NCBI RefSeq assembly: GCF_001194135.2
Contig: NC_068981.1
Location: 38,607,871-38,671,870 of the forward strand
Origin: Octopus bimaculoides
Taxonomy: Eukaryota
DNA: 64,000 nt
Direction of reading: 5' to 3'
Position numbers and translations under genes: made by a program. This document shows positions 26,901-40,010 of this stretch, piece by piece. The notes under the pieces are model-generated. The model did no database searches. It worked only from the letters and a program-made list of their open reading frames with translations, and had not been told where the DNA came from. Every line of letters begins with the position of its first letter. Positions within the stretch are counted from its first letter, which is position 1.

Positions 26901-28329
26901 TAATTCTTTGATCACTCATTGTGACAGTAAACTTTTAGTTTATGTTTTGTAGCATTTGGAATCTATGTGCAATAAATAAACTTCTTTAGCATTATTTCTT
27001 GGAGTAAGATTTTTAGTGAGATATATGGGATTGAAATAAAATTTTCCAATAAACAATAAAGTAAGAATTAAATAAGAATTTCATTTAATTTATTTTTTAA
27101 AAATAAGTTTGTTTTTTTTACATTGGATTATAAGAAACCAAAGCTCAATTTAAAAAATTATTTTTAAGAAAAAGATGCAAAAAATGAATTTAAATACTTA
27201 AAAAGATATGGCTGTTGTACTGAAAGAAATCCATATAACCAATGATAGTATAATAGGTAATTGTGTTCTTTTGGGAATTGACTTCAAGCTGTTGATTATT
27301 TCGGAGCTTTTCAACAGAAGATAAGTTACTGATATTATGCTCATAAGATAGATTCAGAATCATTTTCTCCAATAATCATTGTCTTTTGAAATTTCTTTTC
27401 TGTTCAATTTTTTTTTTTTATTCTTTTGAATGATTTTATACATTTGCTATCTCATTTTATCTTGGTCATTAAAAAAACCTTTTGTTAGATATATCTGGCT
27501 TCAAAGATATAGATTGCAAATAACATAGTTGAAAATTTGAAAATATAAAAATTTCAACAAAATTTAAAATGTTGTTTGCCATAAGAGTTGTTCTGAAGTA
27601 TTTGACTTGTTTTTATATCAGATGCCATAAGGTTTAACTGATGATAAGCTCTCTTTCATATTTGTATGTTTAAAATCAAAGAGCTATTTTCAATGCATTT
27701 TCAACATCTGACTTTTTTTAAGTGACAAAAAAGTTTTTATAAAAATCGAGAGCATAAAACAGTTTCTATTCTTCACGAGATGCATTTCTAAACACTGTAA
27801 TGTTTCTTTCATAAATTATAAACAAAAGAATATTGGAACACTTCATCATATCTACTTTCTCAAACTCTTACACCATTATAAGTTACTGCTGTGTTTTGTG
27901 CGTGTGTGTGCTTTTCCTTGAATTCAACATCTGATGATGAAGCCGCAGACAAATAATGGTAGTAACTAACTTTCAATGGTTAAATAAACAACTATTTTAA
28001 TTAGCAAATATATAGAAAACAGATTTCTTGAATTTAATATGTTAAAGAATATGAATTGTACATTAAATCTGTTTACAATATTAGAGAATAATATCTATGA
28101 AAATTGTTATCATTTTTCAATTTTTTTTCTAATAATTGAACTCTCAAAGATTCTATAGAATCTTAAAACATTTCATGCTTGATGTTACAACATGAAGCAT
28201 GAAATGTTCTAACAGATATATTTATCATTAGCTTTCAAAAGATAAAAATGAGTTTCTAAAAAAAAATCTCTTTTTATACTCAAATAGAATGATTTTTGTT
28301 TCCAATAACAAAATTTCTTTATCAGTGTG

Positions 28330-28520
28330 GTTCAATATTTATGAGATTAATATGCGTGAATACGAACCATGTTGTCATATGTTCAGATTTTACAACAACC
28401 ATTGAGCTGTATCCCTTCGAAGCATTCATTACTCTACTTGCTTAGCCAATCAAGCGGAAAAAAAAGTAAAAAATTTTCCATCCTCGACAACACCACCACC
28501 ACCACCACCACTTCATGGTT
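28330..28520. promoter_or_regulatory. Possible promoter-like patch with CCAAT box
   Basis: AGCCAATCA (CCAAT at 28446-28450) and 5 CpGs in about 130 bp of otherwise CpG-poor, non-repeat DNA. Confidence 0.25.
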
Positions 28521-29254
28521 TAATAATTTGTATTAGGATGTATATTTATGTTTACCCAACAATTCAAATATAAATCATCTAATTGCAGAACCATCCATCT
28601 TATCATATAACTTAGTAAATAGGTGTAAAATTATTTTAGAACAGTCTTATACACTTTTCAAACCTGACTTGTCTGTTGAACAATTCTATCTTATATATTA
28701 CTTTCAAAAGAACAAGTAATTGAATGCTATACTATCTATATGATCACACCTTTTTTTTTTTTTTTTCATATATCATTTTACCAACAGGAAATAAAAGTGA
28801 ATGAAATAACTATAATGTCTTATAAGCTGAAACCATAATCTTCAAATATCAGAATAAAAATGGAATAAATTAATTGGCTTCTTTAAACGCTATATGAATG
28901 TAAGTAGAAATCAAGAGCATATATGTCATTCCTCATATTAACTAAACTTAGCAATATTTGAAAAAAAAACTCTATAAGTTTAGAGAGAATGGTAGAAATT
29001 CTTCCCAGAACAGACAGAAAAATTTTGAAATCAACAAAAATATCTAAAGCTTTCTCAACTCTGTAATACGAAATTAAAATAGAATAACTTACTAGATTCA
29101 ATCTAAAACTCACGTTTCAGTACAGTGTTAAGGTAGTAAATACATAATTGACTCTTTTGAGAATAGATATAGGAATTTTAAAAGGAAAACAAATTTTCTA
29201 GACATATAAATAAAATTAAAAGAAATACCAAGCTGTCTTATATTAAAAATCGGA

Positions 29255-29314
29255 ATGAAATATGTCATACATAAGAGTGAAATATGTCATATATAGAAGT
29301 GAAATATATCATAT
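29255..29314. repeat. Imperfect ~22-bp tandem repeat (GTGAAATATGTCATAYATARRA) x~3
   Basis: Read directly. Confidence 0.85.
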
Positions 29315-29696
29315 TTTCAAAATTGGTATTACATGTTGGGTAAAACAATTAAAGAAAGCAACTAATTAGGAATTTAAAAAAAAACGTATTACTATAAGGA
29401 GAATATACTCACTTTAAATATTTGTTTCTTGTGAGTAGATACAAGACCAATTTTTGTTGAAGGATTGTAGCTGATTAAAAGAACTTCCATAATTGCATGG
29501 CATATTACTTTTGGCCCAAGTAAAAATGTAAAATCAGAATTTAATACAATTAGTCTTTGATTTAATTTTTCTTCTATTCCACTTTTTACTTTAATATAAT
29601 ATAGTACCACATAGCATTCTTGAATGATCACAAACATTTAATTTAACATCAGTTTGAAGCATTACTTAATACTTTTTAGCAGACTAGATGTTTGCT

Positions 29697-30052
29697 GCTG
29701 TCTTCTACTATAGCACTGGGCCAACCAAAATCTTGTGAGTGGATTTGGTTGACAGAAACTGAAAGAAGCCCATTGTGTGTATATAATATAATATATACAT
29801 AGATATATTAAGTGTCTGTGTCTGTGTGTATCTCTGTGTGTCTTTCTGTTTGTTTTTGTTCCCCTCCCCAACACTACTTGACAACCAGTGTTGGTATGTT
29901 TAAGTCCTCATGACATAGTGGTTAGGCTAAAGAGATTGATAGATAAGTACGAAGTTTAGAAATAGTTTGTACTGGGGTCAATTTATTCTCCTAAAATTCT
30001 TTAAGGTAGTGCCCTCGCATGACCAGGGTCTAATGACTGAAACAAGTAAAAG
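29697..30052 (+). mobile_element. SINE of the family with an internal (TG)n tract, 5'-truncated
   Basis: GAAACTGAAAGAAGCCC, (TG)n, GACAACC.GTGTTGGT and ATGACTGAAACAAGTAAAAG end; same family as 33841-34150. Confidence 0.85.
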
Positions 30053-30999
30053 CTAAAAAATATGTATGAGTATGTGTGTGTGTGTCTGTCTGTCTGTCTG
30101 TGTATCTGTGTATCTGTATATGTATACATATACACATATACATACATGTACATGTGTGTGTGTTTGTGTGTGTGCATGGGCACATATTTTAAAACATTTT
30201 TTAATGTCTTTATCATTATTTAGTTTTATCTAAAGGACAAGGTCATGATTACACTTTACCTAAGAGTCTGGTTTTGAAAGATATTTGCCACAAAAAGACA
30301 AAAACAACAACAACAAAAAAAACTTTGAATGAAATTCAACCTCTAAATTGAATTATAATTAAGTTAACTTTCAAGCTACTCTATGATAACAATTAATCTT
30401 TATATGGCTTGAAAGAAGAACAACTGATGTACAATTCTTTTCTCAAAATTCAATAAATAGATGATTTTGTATAGGTCAACTGATAGATTTTCTTTTTGTT
30501 AGAGATGAAATTGCCTTCAGCATTTTCCTGATGTTTAGTATATAAGAATATATTTCAATTTGTGAGCATCTATAGAAAAAATATCATTTCTTGCTAACTG
30601 GTAGCCAAATAAACAATGTTATTGATACAGTTTGGAGCATGATAAGTGTATTTTAATCTAAAAGTTTTGTGCTTGATAATGATCTTGTAAAAGCAACATC
30701 TGTGTTCAGAGCTATGTAATTTTAGCTATATCTTGGTACATTATTTAAAAAAATCAATTTAATTATTATGCATTGATTATAGAATGTTCTTTTTTCATTT
30801 TTGTTTTTTCCTGTTTGTAAAGCAATTTATCAACTTTCTACATCTGTCTGCATGGTGCAGTTAACTGCTTAGCTAAGGGAAAAGATTTGTTCCAAATGAT
30901 TTTTAACTGGCAGATCTAAATACAGAATAATAAATTATTAGTAATGGCAGCAGTATTAATACCAAAGGAAATCTTTATATCCAACTTAACATGAATGTC

Positions 31000-31545
31000 T
31001 TGTTAGAACACCGAACACTGCATTATTAACCTTGAGAGATGAATGGACTCTGGTACTGTGTAGAAGTTCCTTTGGTTAGGTTGTGGAAAACTGTATATTC
31101 TTGATTGCAACAGGATGTTAAGGACGTTTATGCAGTAATACAAGATTATGGAAGTGGATTCTAGCATAAAATGAAAATTGTTGACGAAAGGGGTAAATGA
31201 CAGGAGTTATTTATAGATGAGTGAAGTAATAATATTATAGTTAATGATGCAGGAGTTGCATAGTTCTAGAGTTAACTTAATGAATTGAATGAATATTGAA
31301 CCTCAGTATATCATGCAAAGAAGTTCATTTTTCTGATCCATCTCAGTTTCTGTAGCTATACCACTAAATTGTTGATAAAACACATCAGAGTTTAGATTGA
31401 GATTGAGATCAGTTACATGAGTGGGTATAATGATGCTAGGTTTAAGAGGTAATGTAGTTCAGCTTGATAGACAAGTGTAGTGGTTTAGAGTTTAAGAGGT
31501 TGTTGTAAAGTGGGTTCCTCCTACTAGTGTGATGTGTGACTGCTG
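31000..31545 (-). mobile_element. Penelope-like reverse transcriptase remnant
   Basis: Minus strand SDVFYQQFSGIATETEMDQKNELLC resembles FY.Q..G.AMG..M.P.YA.LF; downstream LLSFTPFVNNFH resembles L..F..F.N.FHP. Confidence 0.5.
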
Positions 31546-31549
31546 TTGT

Positions 31550-32940
31550 ACTGTAGTTGCTGCTACACTAGTCATTGGGTATGACTCCTTCATGTATCAC
31601 CTGTCTGACTATAAGGGTCACTAGACTATAGCCAACACCGCTAGATATTTTAAGCATCTCTGTGGTGATTCCTGATAGGCCATGGGCTTTCCCTGTCTTC
31701 ATACCCTTAATTGTTTTATCTACCAATGTACTGTGAATCCGGATAGCTGGTCCCTTTTTGGGTCGACATTTGGCAGGGTCTCTTTCTCCCATACATTCTC
31801 TTCATTTAGCAACCTTTCATAGTGGCATCTCCAAGTTTCTCTCTTGCTGCCTCATTAAATGCAAGTGAGCCATCATTCATGTGGACACTGTTCTTTCCTA
31901 TGACATCACGATTCTCTCTCACACACTGTCTTGCAACACTTCAAGTCTTTGGTCCTCGTGACGCAAAACATTGGCAAATATTTTCTTATCTCTAGCTTCC
32001 CTTCTGGCAATCTGAAACAATTCCTTGCTATCACTGTTCTTCCAGTCCCTCCATACCTGTTTATTTTACCTAATGGCCCTGTCAACTACACTGTTCCACC
32101 ACTACATTACTTTGGGTTGAGAGGGGACTTTGCACCATCCACAGATCTAGTCAGTAGCCCTCAACAGGTTGTCCCATAGAAATCTCCTGTTGTCTTCCAC
32201 ATCATGTAATGCTATAGCCTCCTCTATTTCGTCAAAAGCTTCAAGTAATATGTCTCTAAATCTCTGTCCATTCACAGGATCTTTAAGCTTTCAAACCCTT
32301 CTGGCATCCATTTAGCCCTGATCCCAAAGTTGCTAACTACTAATCTATGTTGTGGAGTGCATTCTTCATCTGGGAAGGTTTTGGCATTTATAAGTAACCA
32401 TTTCCTGGTGAGGATGTAATCAATTTGATGAGTGTGTCCACCAGATTGGTAGGTGAATAAGTGACTGGCAGATTTCCTGAAGTTAGTATTACAAACCATA
32501 AGATCATTTGCATCACAGAACTCCAGCAGCCTGGTTCCCTCCTGATTGCCAGAACCAAAACCATAGCCTCCATGTACACCACGGAAGCCCCCTGCATGTT
32601 GTCCAACATGTTCATTGAAGTCGCCAGCCACAAAGAGAGGGTCCTTGTCATTCGTCAATGAGGTAGTCTGCAAGAGGGTATCAGAAAATCAATCTTTCTG
32701 TTCATCAGGTAGCCCCAGGTGAGGGGCATAAGCTGAGATAATGGTTGCTAACCCATGTTGTAGACTAATCTAATCTTAAGTATTCTATCACAACTCTGAC
32801 TACCTTGATTACTTATCAGCCCATTTCTCCACAAGAAGTATACCCATGCCCCCAATCCCATCAGTGTTCCCTGCCTAGAAAATCTTATACCTATGCTCTT
32901 TGCCTGTGAGGACCCTAGCAAAACTTTCTCTCCTTCTTAC
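31550..32940 (-). mobile_element. RTE (BovB-like) LINE fragment: APE endonuclease to start of RT, with stops and frameshifts
   Basis: AGDFNEHVG, GTRLLEFC, CNTNFRK, QIDYILTRK, QHRLVV and KAHGLSGITTEMLK...GVIPND are typical RTE ORF2 motifs. Confidence 0.95.
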
Positions 32941-32943
32941 TTC

Positions 32944-32987
<44 letters not shown>

Positions 32988-33049
32988 ACCCTTGTTTAGA
33001 CATCTCGTGTTGGTTATAAATAAGTATTATCATTATACAAAAAAGGTTG

Positions 33050-33225
33050 TTCGTTTCCAGTCTTCTGTGAAAAACCTGTCTGGCTATGAGAAAATATATT
33101 ACCATGCTTGGAAACAGGTTGGGGTTGGCAACAGGAAGAGCATCAAGCTAAAGAAAACTTGCATCAAAAAATTCAGTGTGACCCATGCAAGCACAAAAAA
33201 ATTGGATGGTAAATAATGATAATGA
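33050..33225 (+). mobile_element. SINE 3' part with RTE-type tail
   Basis: GTTGGCAACAGGAAGAGCATCAAGCT...GACCCATGCAAGCA then (ATG/ATA)n; related to 44980-45119. Confidence 0.6.
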
Positions 33226-33808
33226 CACTCTTAGCGTTACTTTAGACAGAAAATTGGATCACAGTGAACTATCAAAGCAATTCTCTGTGTAAGTCTGTGT
33301 TTCAGACAACTACGGTATTGATGTTGCTAGTGGTTTAGTGTTAATATTTTGGCTACTGAGCTTCCATAAACAAACCTAGTAAAATAATAGATAGCACATG
33401 TTTAATAAGAATAAAGCATTTGATTACCTGCTTTAATAACCACCTTGAACAAAAATACCTAATTAAATTTTATATCTAATATATTATTTTATGTGTCAGA
33501 TTCCTCTTAATTCCCATGAATAATATTTTTTCTGAAGATCTTGTTCGGAATTTTAAATGAATTATCTATACTATACTTAATCAAAATCATTTTCTAAATT
33601 CATGTTTCCTTTGTATCAATAGTCTTTCTTCATAACTACATGTATATAATGGTTGTATATTTAACAAGTGATAGTTTTGATTTTGTAATGAAAACATTAT
33701 AATTAAATTAGAGAAATTAGATATAACAAGGCATTAACATAGGAAATTTCAACATAAAGAATAAGATATACGTCAGACAATATCTCATAATCAAAATTTT
33801 AGTTCATA

Positions 33809-33840
<32 letters not shown>

Positions 33841-34150
33841 ACTTGCTTGCCAACCACATGATTCCAGGTTCAGTCCCACTGCATGGCACCTTTAGCAAGT
33901 GTCTTCTACTATAGCTTCGGGCCAACCAAAGCCTTGTGAGTGGATTTGGTAGATGGAAATTAAAAGAAACCCATCGTATATATGTGTGTGTGTATGTGTG
34001 TGTGTGTGTGTGCATATGTTTGTGTGTCTGTATTTGTCTCCTCAGCATCGCTTGACAACCAATGCTGGTGTGTTTACGTCCCCATTACGTAGTGGTTCAG
34101 CAAAAGAGACCTATACAATAAGTACTAGGCTTACAAAGAATAAGTCCTGA
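33841..34150 (+). mobile_element. SINE with internal (TG)n tract
   Basis: GGTTCAGTCCCACTGCATGGCACC head, GGGCCAACCAAAGCCTTGTGAGTGGATTTGGT body, CGCTTGACAACC...GCAAAAGAGACC. Confidence 0.9.
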
Positions 34151-34222
34151 ACAAATATATAGTGTATGTATTTATTTGAGGTAAAAAAAAATGACCATCC
34201 TGAAGTATAACAACATATATAT

Positions 34223-34317
34223 NNNNNNNNNNNNNNNNNNNNNNNNNNNNNNNNNNNNNNNNNNNNNNNNNNNNNNNNNNNNNNNNNNNNNNNNNNNNNN
34301 NNNNNNNNNNNNNNNNN
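34223..34317. other. Assembly gap (N run)
   Basis: Ns in the sequence. Confidence 1.
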
Positions 34318-34632
34318 ACTGTTAACCAGCATGGTCAAACTAACACCGTTGACTACTCTCAGCTGACAATTTACTCAGTTTTTATCTATTGTAATTGGTT
34401 ACTTCACCTTCAGTCACATGGGGGTGTTCAGGATTCTCCTATAACATATATGTATGTATATATATGTGTGTGTGTATGTGTTTGTGTGCGTGCATGCGTG
34501 CATGTGTGTTTCTATGTGTGTGTGTATGTAAATATATGTATGTATATATGTATTGATGATACATTCCACTTCTCTAATTCATATATACAGGAAGATAAAT
34601 GTGTGTGTGTGTGTGTGTGTGTGTTTGTGTCT

Positions 34633-34698
<66 letters not shown>

Positions 34699-35354
34699 AT
34701 ACAGAGATATAAAAAATTGAAGACTTATAGCCTTTTATATATCATAATGATTTTACGTTTCAGTGTGAAGTCAAATATTAAAATACCAAACAATATCTAA
34801 TACTCATAGATGTTTTCCTTTAAATAGAATCAATATTGCTGAAGGGCATTTTTGTCACTTCAGCTAAATTGGCAACAAGCCCCAAATTTCTAGGTTTGAA
34901 TATCTGTTGAAAACATCTTCAGATTTATACCCCAAGGGTAGAAAAAGAATTTTCATTAATTGCTTTTGGCTACATGGGTATGGAGTAAGCTATGAAGACA
35001 AGCTGAAAAACATTGGAATAATTCAAGATCTGCCTATTGCAAAATCTTCTAACCTACCTTTCTTATACTCAGGATATAATTTTTATATTTTTCTTTTTTT
35101 ATTTCTTTTCTGTATTATCATATGCATTTTCTGATGTATATGGGAATATTTCATAACAGGCAAAAGCCAAATAGTACCAATATATATATATATATATATA
35201 TAAACATGAGCTTTATTGAATGAAAAGAAATATTTGCAACAATGAAGTCAGACAATAGTTTACAATTTATGCAGAGCAGATAGCATGAACTTTTAACAAA
35301 AGAAATATTCATGGTTTTATAATGAAATATATCCTCCTCCTCCTCCTGCTCTTT

Positions 35355-35401
<47 letters not shown>

Positions 35402-35689
35402 TATTTTATGAGATTTTTTATGTTTCTATTGGCGGGATGTGGCTTCTTGAGGAAGTATTTTACAGCTGGATACCCTTTCTGTTGTCACCCCTTTGTATTT
35501 TTTATTTCAAGTGAGATGCTTTAGTCCATGCATTTGCAGGCCAGACATTTCATTTATGGGAGACTTATACCAGTTGCCCATACTGAGCTATACACACACA
35601 CACACACACACACACAGCATCTTGTGACAGATGCTCTTCCTATCATTAACCCTTTAGTATTCTGACTACACTTTAGTATTCTGCCTGCT

Positions 35690-36340
35690 GTACTGGAGTG
35701 AATCCTGGAACAGCACAGAAAGGACCAGTAATAAGATAAATAAGGTCAACACTTGGTATGACAGCAAAAATATCAGAGTGTTATGTTTGTCAATGCTACT
35801 TAAACTAGCATACCTTCTTAGAAAAGGCATTAAGTAAGGCTAATCTATGAATTACAGTAGTAGAGAGGTCTGGTGCTCCATTGAAATCCCTGATCTGCAA
35901 TACCTATCCCTTTGATAAGTCCCCCTGTACGAAGTACAATCGTGTTGTATATAGAATGAACCCACGGGTTAACTGCAATGTTAGGAATGTAGTGTATAAC
36001 TTTCGATGTACTGAGGGATTGTGCAGAAACATGACAACTACCTACATGGGAGAGACTGCACGCAACATAGGACAGCATATAGGTTAACATTGGCGAAGGC
36101 ACAAAGAAGGGAAAAGCTTGTCAGTGCTCTACCAATATGCTCAGGTTGAACATGAAGGCTCAATTAATAGCTTAGAGGTTAAGGAATTATCAACACAGAT
36201 CACAGAGGCTACATGCACAGCAGTAGACAGACCGAGCCTCTACAGAAAACATGAATGGAACAGTAACACTCACCACCACATCACTAAAGACAGAAGGGAT
36301 GAGAAGAGAGCGGTAAAAAAAATGGTAAATGATACACAGA
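35690..36340 (+). mobile_element. Penelope-like element C-terminal part: GIY-YIG endonuclease, inactivated
   Basis: TVVERSGAPLKSLIC...NVVYNFRCTEGLC...TYMGETARNIGQHIG*H...RKHEWNS fits the PLE VVY..C..C...Y.GET.R....R..EH motif. Confidence 0.85.
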
Positions 36341-37062
36341 AACATACAGGGTAATACACACACAATAGACATATTTGCACTTACCTGTGATACTTATGAG
36401 AAATAGAGATAGATGTATAAAATAAACAAATGTATAAATATATTTGTCACACTCCTGGGATAAATATAATATATAGATATAGATAAAATAAATAAATAAA
36501 TCTATATAAAGTCATGGATACATACAATATACAAAGCGACCCCATACACACACAAGAAATTTCACAGATAGCCACAACAATGCCAGCAACACGATTAACA
36601 ATGACAGCAGCAGTAGCAGTGACGACAACTACCACGATGCCAACAACATGGGCGAATACACATGCACAAGAGAATAGAGGAACTGTACCATATTTTTCAG
36701 GTCTTAGGACAGCAGCAGCACAATGAGATGAGAGGATGGGGTTGCGAGGGGAAGGCCACACTGCAGCTAAAAACTATGACTCACACAGAAGCATACACAC
36801 ACACATGCACACACAAACAAGGAAACAAACGCATGTGCTCATAAAGACACTCACCTCAGAAGAACAGAATGGAGTAATTGGAGCAAGAGCACACATGAAA
36901 ATGAAATATGTCGCTGAAGAGGTCACAGATGTGTGATGAAAGATTTCCGGACAATGGGCATTAATGAAAATAATAAAATAATAACAGAAAAAAATATGTA
37001 GTGCATGTGTTTATTTAACAAAATAAAAAAAAACGATCATCCCAAAATACAACAATACATTT

Positions 37063-37104
<42 letters not shown>

Positions 37105-37108
<4 letters not shown>

Positions 37109-37375
37109 CGGACTGACTGGCTCCTGTGCTGGTGGCACATAAAAAGCACCATCCAAACGTGGCCGATGCCAGTGCCACCTGACTGGCTTCCATGCTGGTG
37201 ACACGTAAAAAGCACCCACTATACACTCAGTGTGGTTGGCATTAGGAAGGGCATCCAGCTGTAGAAACATTGCCAGATCATATTGGAGCCTAGTGGAGCC
37301 TCCTGGCCTGCTAGTCCCCAGTCAAACCGTCCAACCCATGCCAGCATGGAAAATGGATGCTAAACGACGATGATT
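37105..37375 (+). mobile_element. 5'-truncated RTE LINE 3' UTR (two internal repeat units plus tail)
   Basis: Collinear with 44850-45119; ends AAATGGATGCTAAACGACGATGAT. Confidence 0.9.
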
Positions 37376-37377
37376 AT

Positions 37378-37418
<41 letters not shown>

Positions 37419-38634
37419 TGTATATATGTATGTATGTATATATATATATGTGTGTGTGTGTGTGTATCTATGAATGTGTATTCATTGCCACTATTAAGTT
37501 ATACATAGCTTGAAATTTTTCTTTGTTAAGGATTATGGCAGAATTAATGTAGATGAGACTGATTATGCAAACATTATTCATATCAAATTCTTAGTTCAAT
37601 TTTCCATCGTTAGAAATATAGCTTTCTATCTTTATTTTGTGAAATAATATTTTAAACAATAGTTCACTAACTACAATTGTCAATAATAAACAATACAATA
37701 AGCTGATTTTAGCCATGTCAAATGAGAATGTTCAGAAATAATTGTGAAGTGTAAGTCGCAAACAATGCAGCAGAAAATTTGGCCATGTAAAATCAATGCA
37801 AAAATTTTTATTTCCACCTGATTTAATTCAATAAAATTTATTGGGAAGAAGATTTAGCGTACTGATTGATTTTATGACAACCTTTTTCTTTTCCTTTCTG
37901 TGTGTAAAATTTTAGTAATTTATTAGATTTAATTTATTTCGATCTTTACTTTTGCTATGTTTTATATCCAACTTGGAAGATTGATATTACAAATAGAGCA
38001 AAATATAATTATTTTTTTTTAAAATTTAATTTAGTCTCATGGTAACTATTGTTGGATATTATTTCAATTATAGTTGAATGCAGAGAAGAGTTATTCATTT
38101 TGAAAGGAAGAATAAAATTTACGTATTATATAACTTTCAGCCACAGCATCTATTATCATTAATTGGAGGCAGTAAATTATTTCCAAGTAATTTTTTTAAC
38201 TTTATGAGAAATGAATGCTTATCTAATAAGGTTTATTGTAACTGAAAAAATGCATAAATTTTGATTTATTTTTATGAAAATTTATTCCAAATCAGAGAAA
38301 TGAATGAGGCCAGAAATTATACATCACTTCCTTTTATAATTTCTAATGAGAAATTAAAATTCATCAGAAATCTCATTTATGTCATAACAGATATTTAATA
38401 GGTTATACACAGAAATTAAATGCCAAACTATTTCTCCAGAGGTCTGCAACTTGCTGGAATTATTTCTCCATCTACACCTTTCCAGCAAACCCCGAGTCTA
38501 TAAATACTTAAAATGAACATCAGTTGCATCATTCTTATAAGTGCAGGTGGACTTGAATTTATTTAACTTATATATGTAAAACTTTCTTCTGAAGATCATC
38601 AAATCATTGTCACCACCATTACTATTACCACTGC

Positions 38635-38715
38635 CACCACCATGACCAGTGCAGTCACCACCACCATGACCAGTGCAGTCACCACCACCATGACCAGTGC
38701 AGTCACCACCACCAT
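38635..38715. repeat. Perfect 24-bp tandem repeat (ACCACCACCATGACCAGTGCAGTC) x~3 inside (CAC/CAT)n low-complexity DNA
   Basis: Read directly. Confidence 0.95.
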
Positions 38716-39682
38716 CACAATTGCCACTGCTGCTGCCATCATCATCATGATCATCATCTTCATTATCATCAGTCTGTTGTCCATACTGAAGACAGGAACT
38801 TTTAATAAGATCTGACTCAGTTTATGATGATGGTGGTGTTGGTGATGATAATTATGATGAGAATACAGTGTGTGAGAAATCAAAAACTAACATTGAAACA
38901 TATTTTCCTAGTAACAAAAATGTACCAAATGTCTTATCTAAAATTAAAAATACTTTTGACTCACAACACTTAATCATAACAAAGTCTCTTTCAACAGCTT
39001 AAAGGCACAGTAACAATATATATCAGGAAAATGGTGGTGTATAGCGAACCATCCAGAGTATTTACATGAGTTTGTTTGACTTGCAAGAAATGCCAGTCAA
39101 ATCTCATCCAGCAATCGTATTAGAAGCTCATGCTAGATAATATAGCCTAAGATCCTGAAGAGAAAATTGGACAAGTCAATAATTCAAAAACCTTTGGTAA
39201 ATAGCTTTCTTAGTCAGTTCTGACTGATAACAGGCTTTAATGTTGTACTTTACTAGCTCCAGTCAGTTTTAAATACATCTAAGGTGACTATAAATGCTAA
39301 ATATCACCATACAGTGATGTGGCTTCTTCTTCAGTTTCAGAAAATACAGTGATTCACCTAAGTTAGTTGACACCTCACATTCTCTCTTCTCCAGAAGTGT
39401 CTTAATTCTTAGGCCCTAGGTTCATTCTTCTTTAAAACTAATACTGCCTAGAATTCCTTCTCTGCTTATATCTTTCATGCAGATATCAGCATAAAAATCT
39501 TAATAAGCACCATCTACACCAAACATTCTTTTAGGAAGCACTACAAAAGTGATGCAGCCTGCTCTCCTTCTGTTTCTCATTTTGTCCACGTTTTTTTTGC
39601 AACGTCCTGTACCCAGATATGCATCTATATATACATGTAAATATAGGTATGTACATACATGTACGTATATATGCATATACTC

Positions 39683-39713
<31 letters not shown>

Positions 39714-39924
39714 CAGGGTTGGCCAAAAGTCACCTGACAGTAAATCAAAATTCCATAAATACTTAATATTCAATTTTCTTATTTATTCATTCCAATTATG
39801 TTTAATATTTGAATGCTGTGAGTTAAAATCACCATTTTTGTTTTTCAATATTTGTTTATTTATTAGCGAAGTCTCATATAAAATAATATTTTGTTTTAAC
39901 CTTGGAATTAAATGGCCAATCTTG
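39714..39924. mobile_element. Tc1/mariner-type MITE (211 bp)
   Basis: TIRs CAGGGTTGGCCA / TGGCCAATCTTG (10 of 12 complementary), TA on both sides, no coding capacity. Confidence 0.8.
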
Positions 39925-39952
39925 TATACATACATATGTATATAGAAATAGA

Positions 39953-39988
<36 letters not shown>

Positions 39989-40010
39989 GAGGCAGATAGA
40001 TAAATAGATA

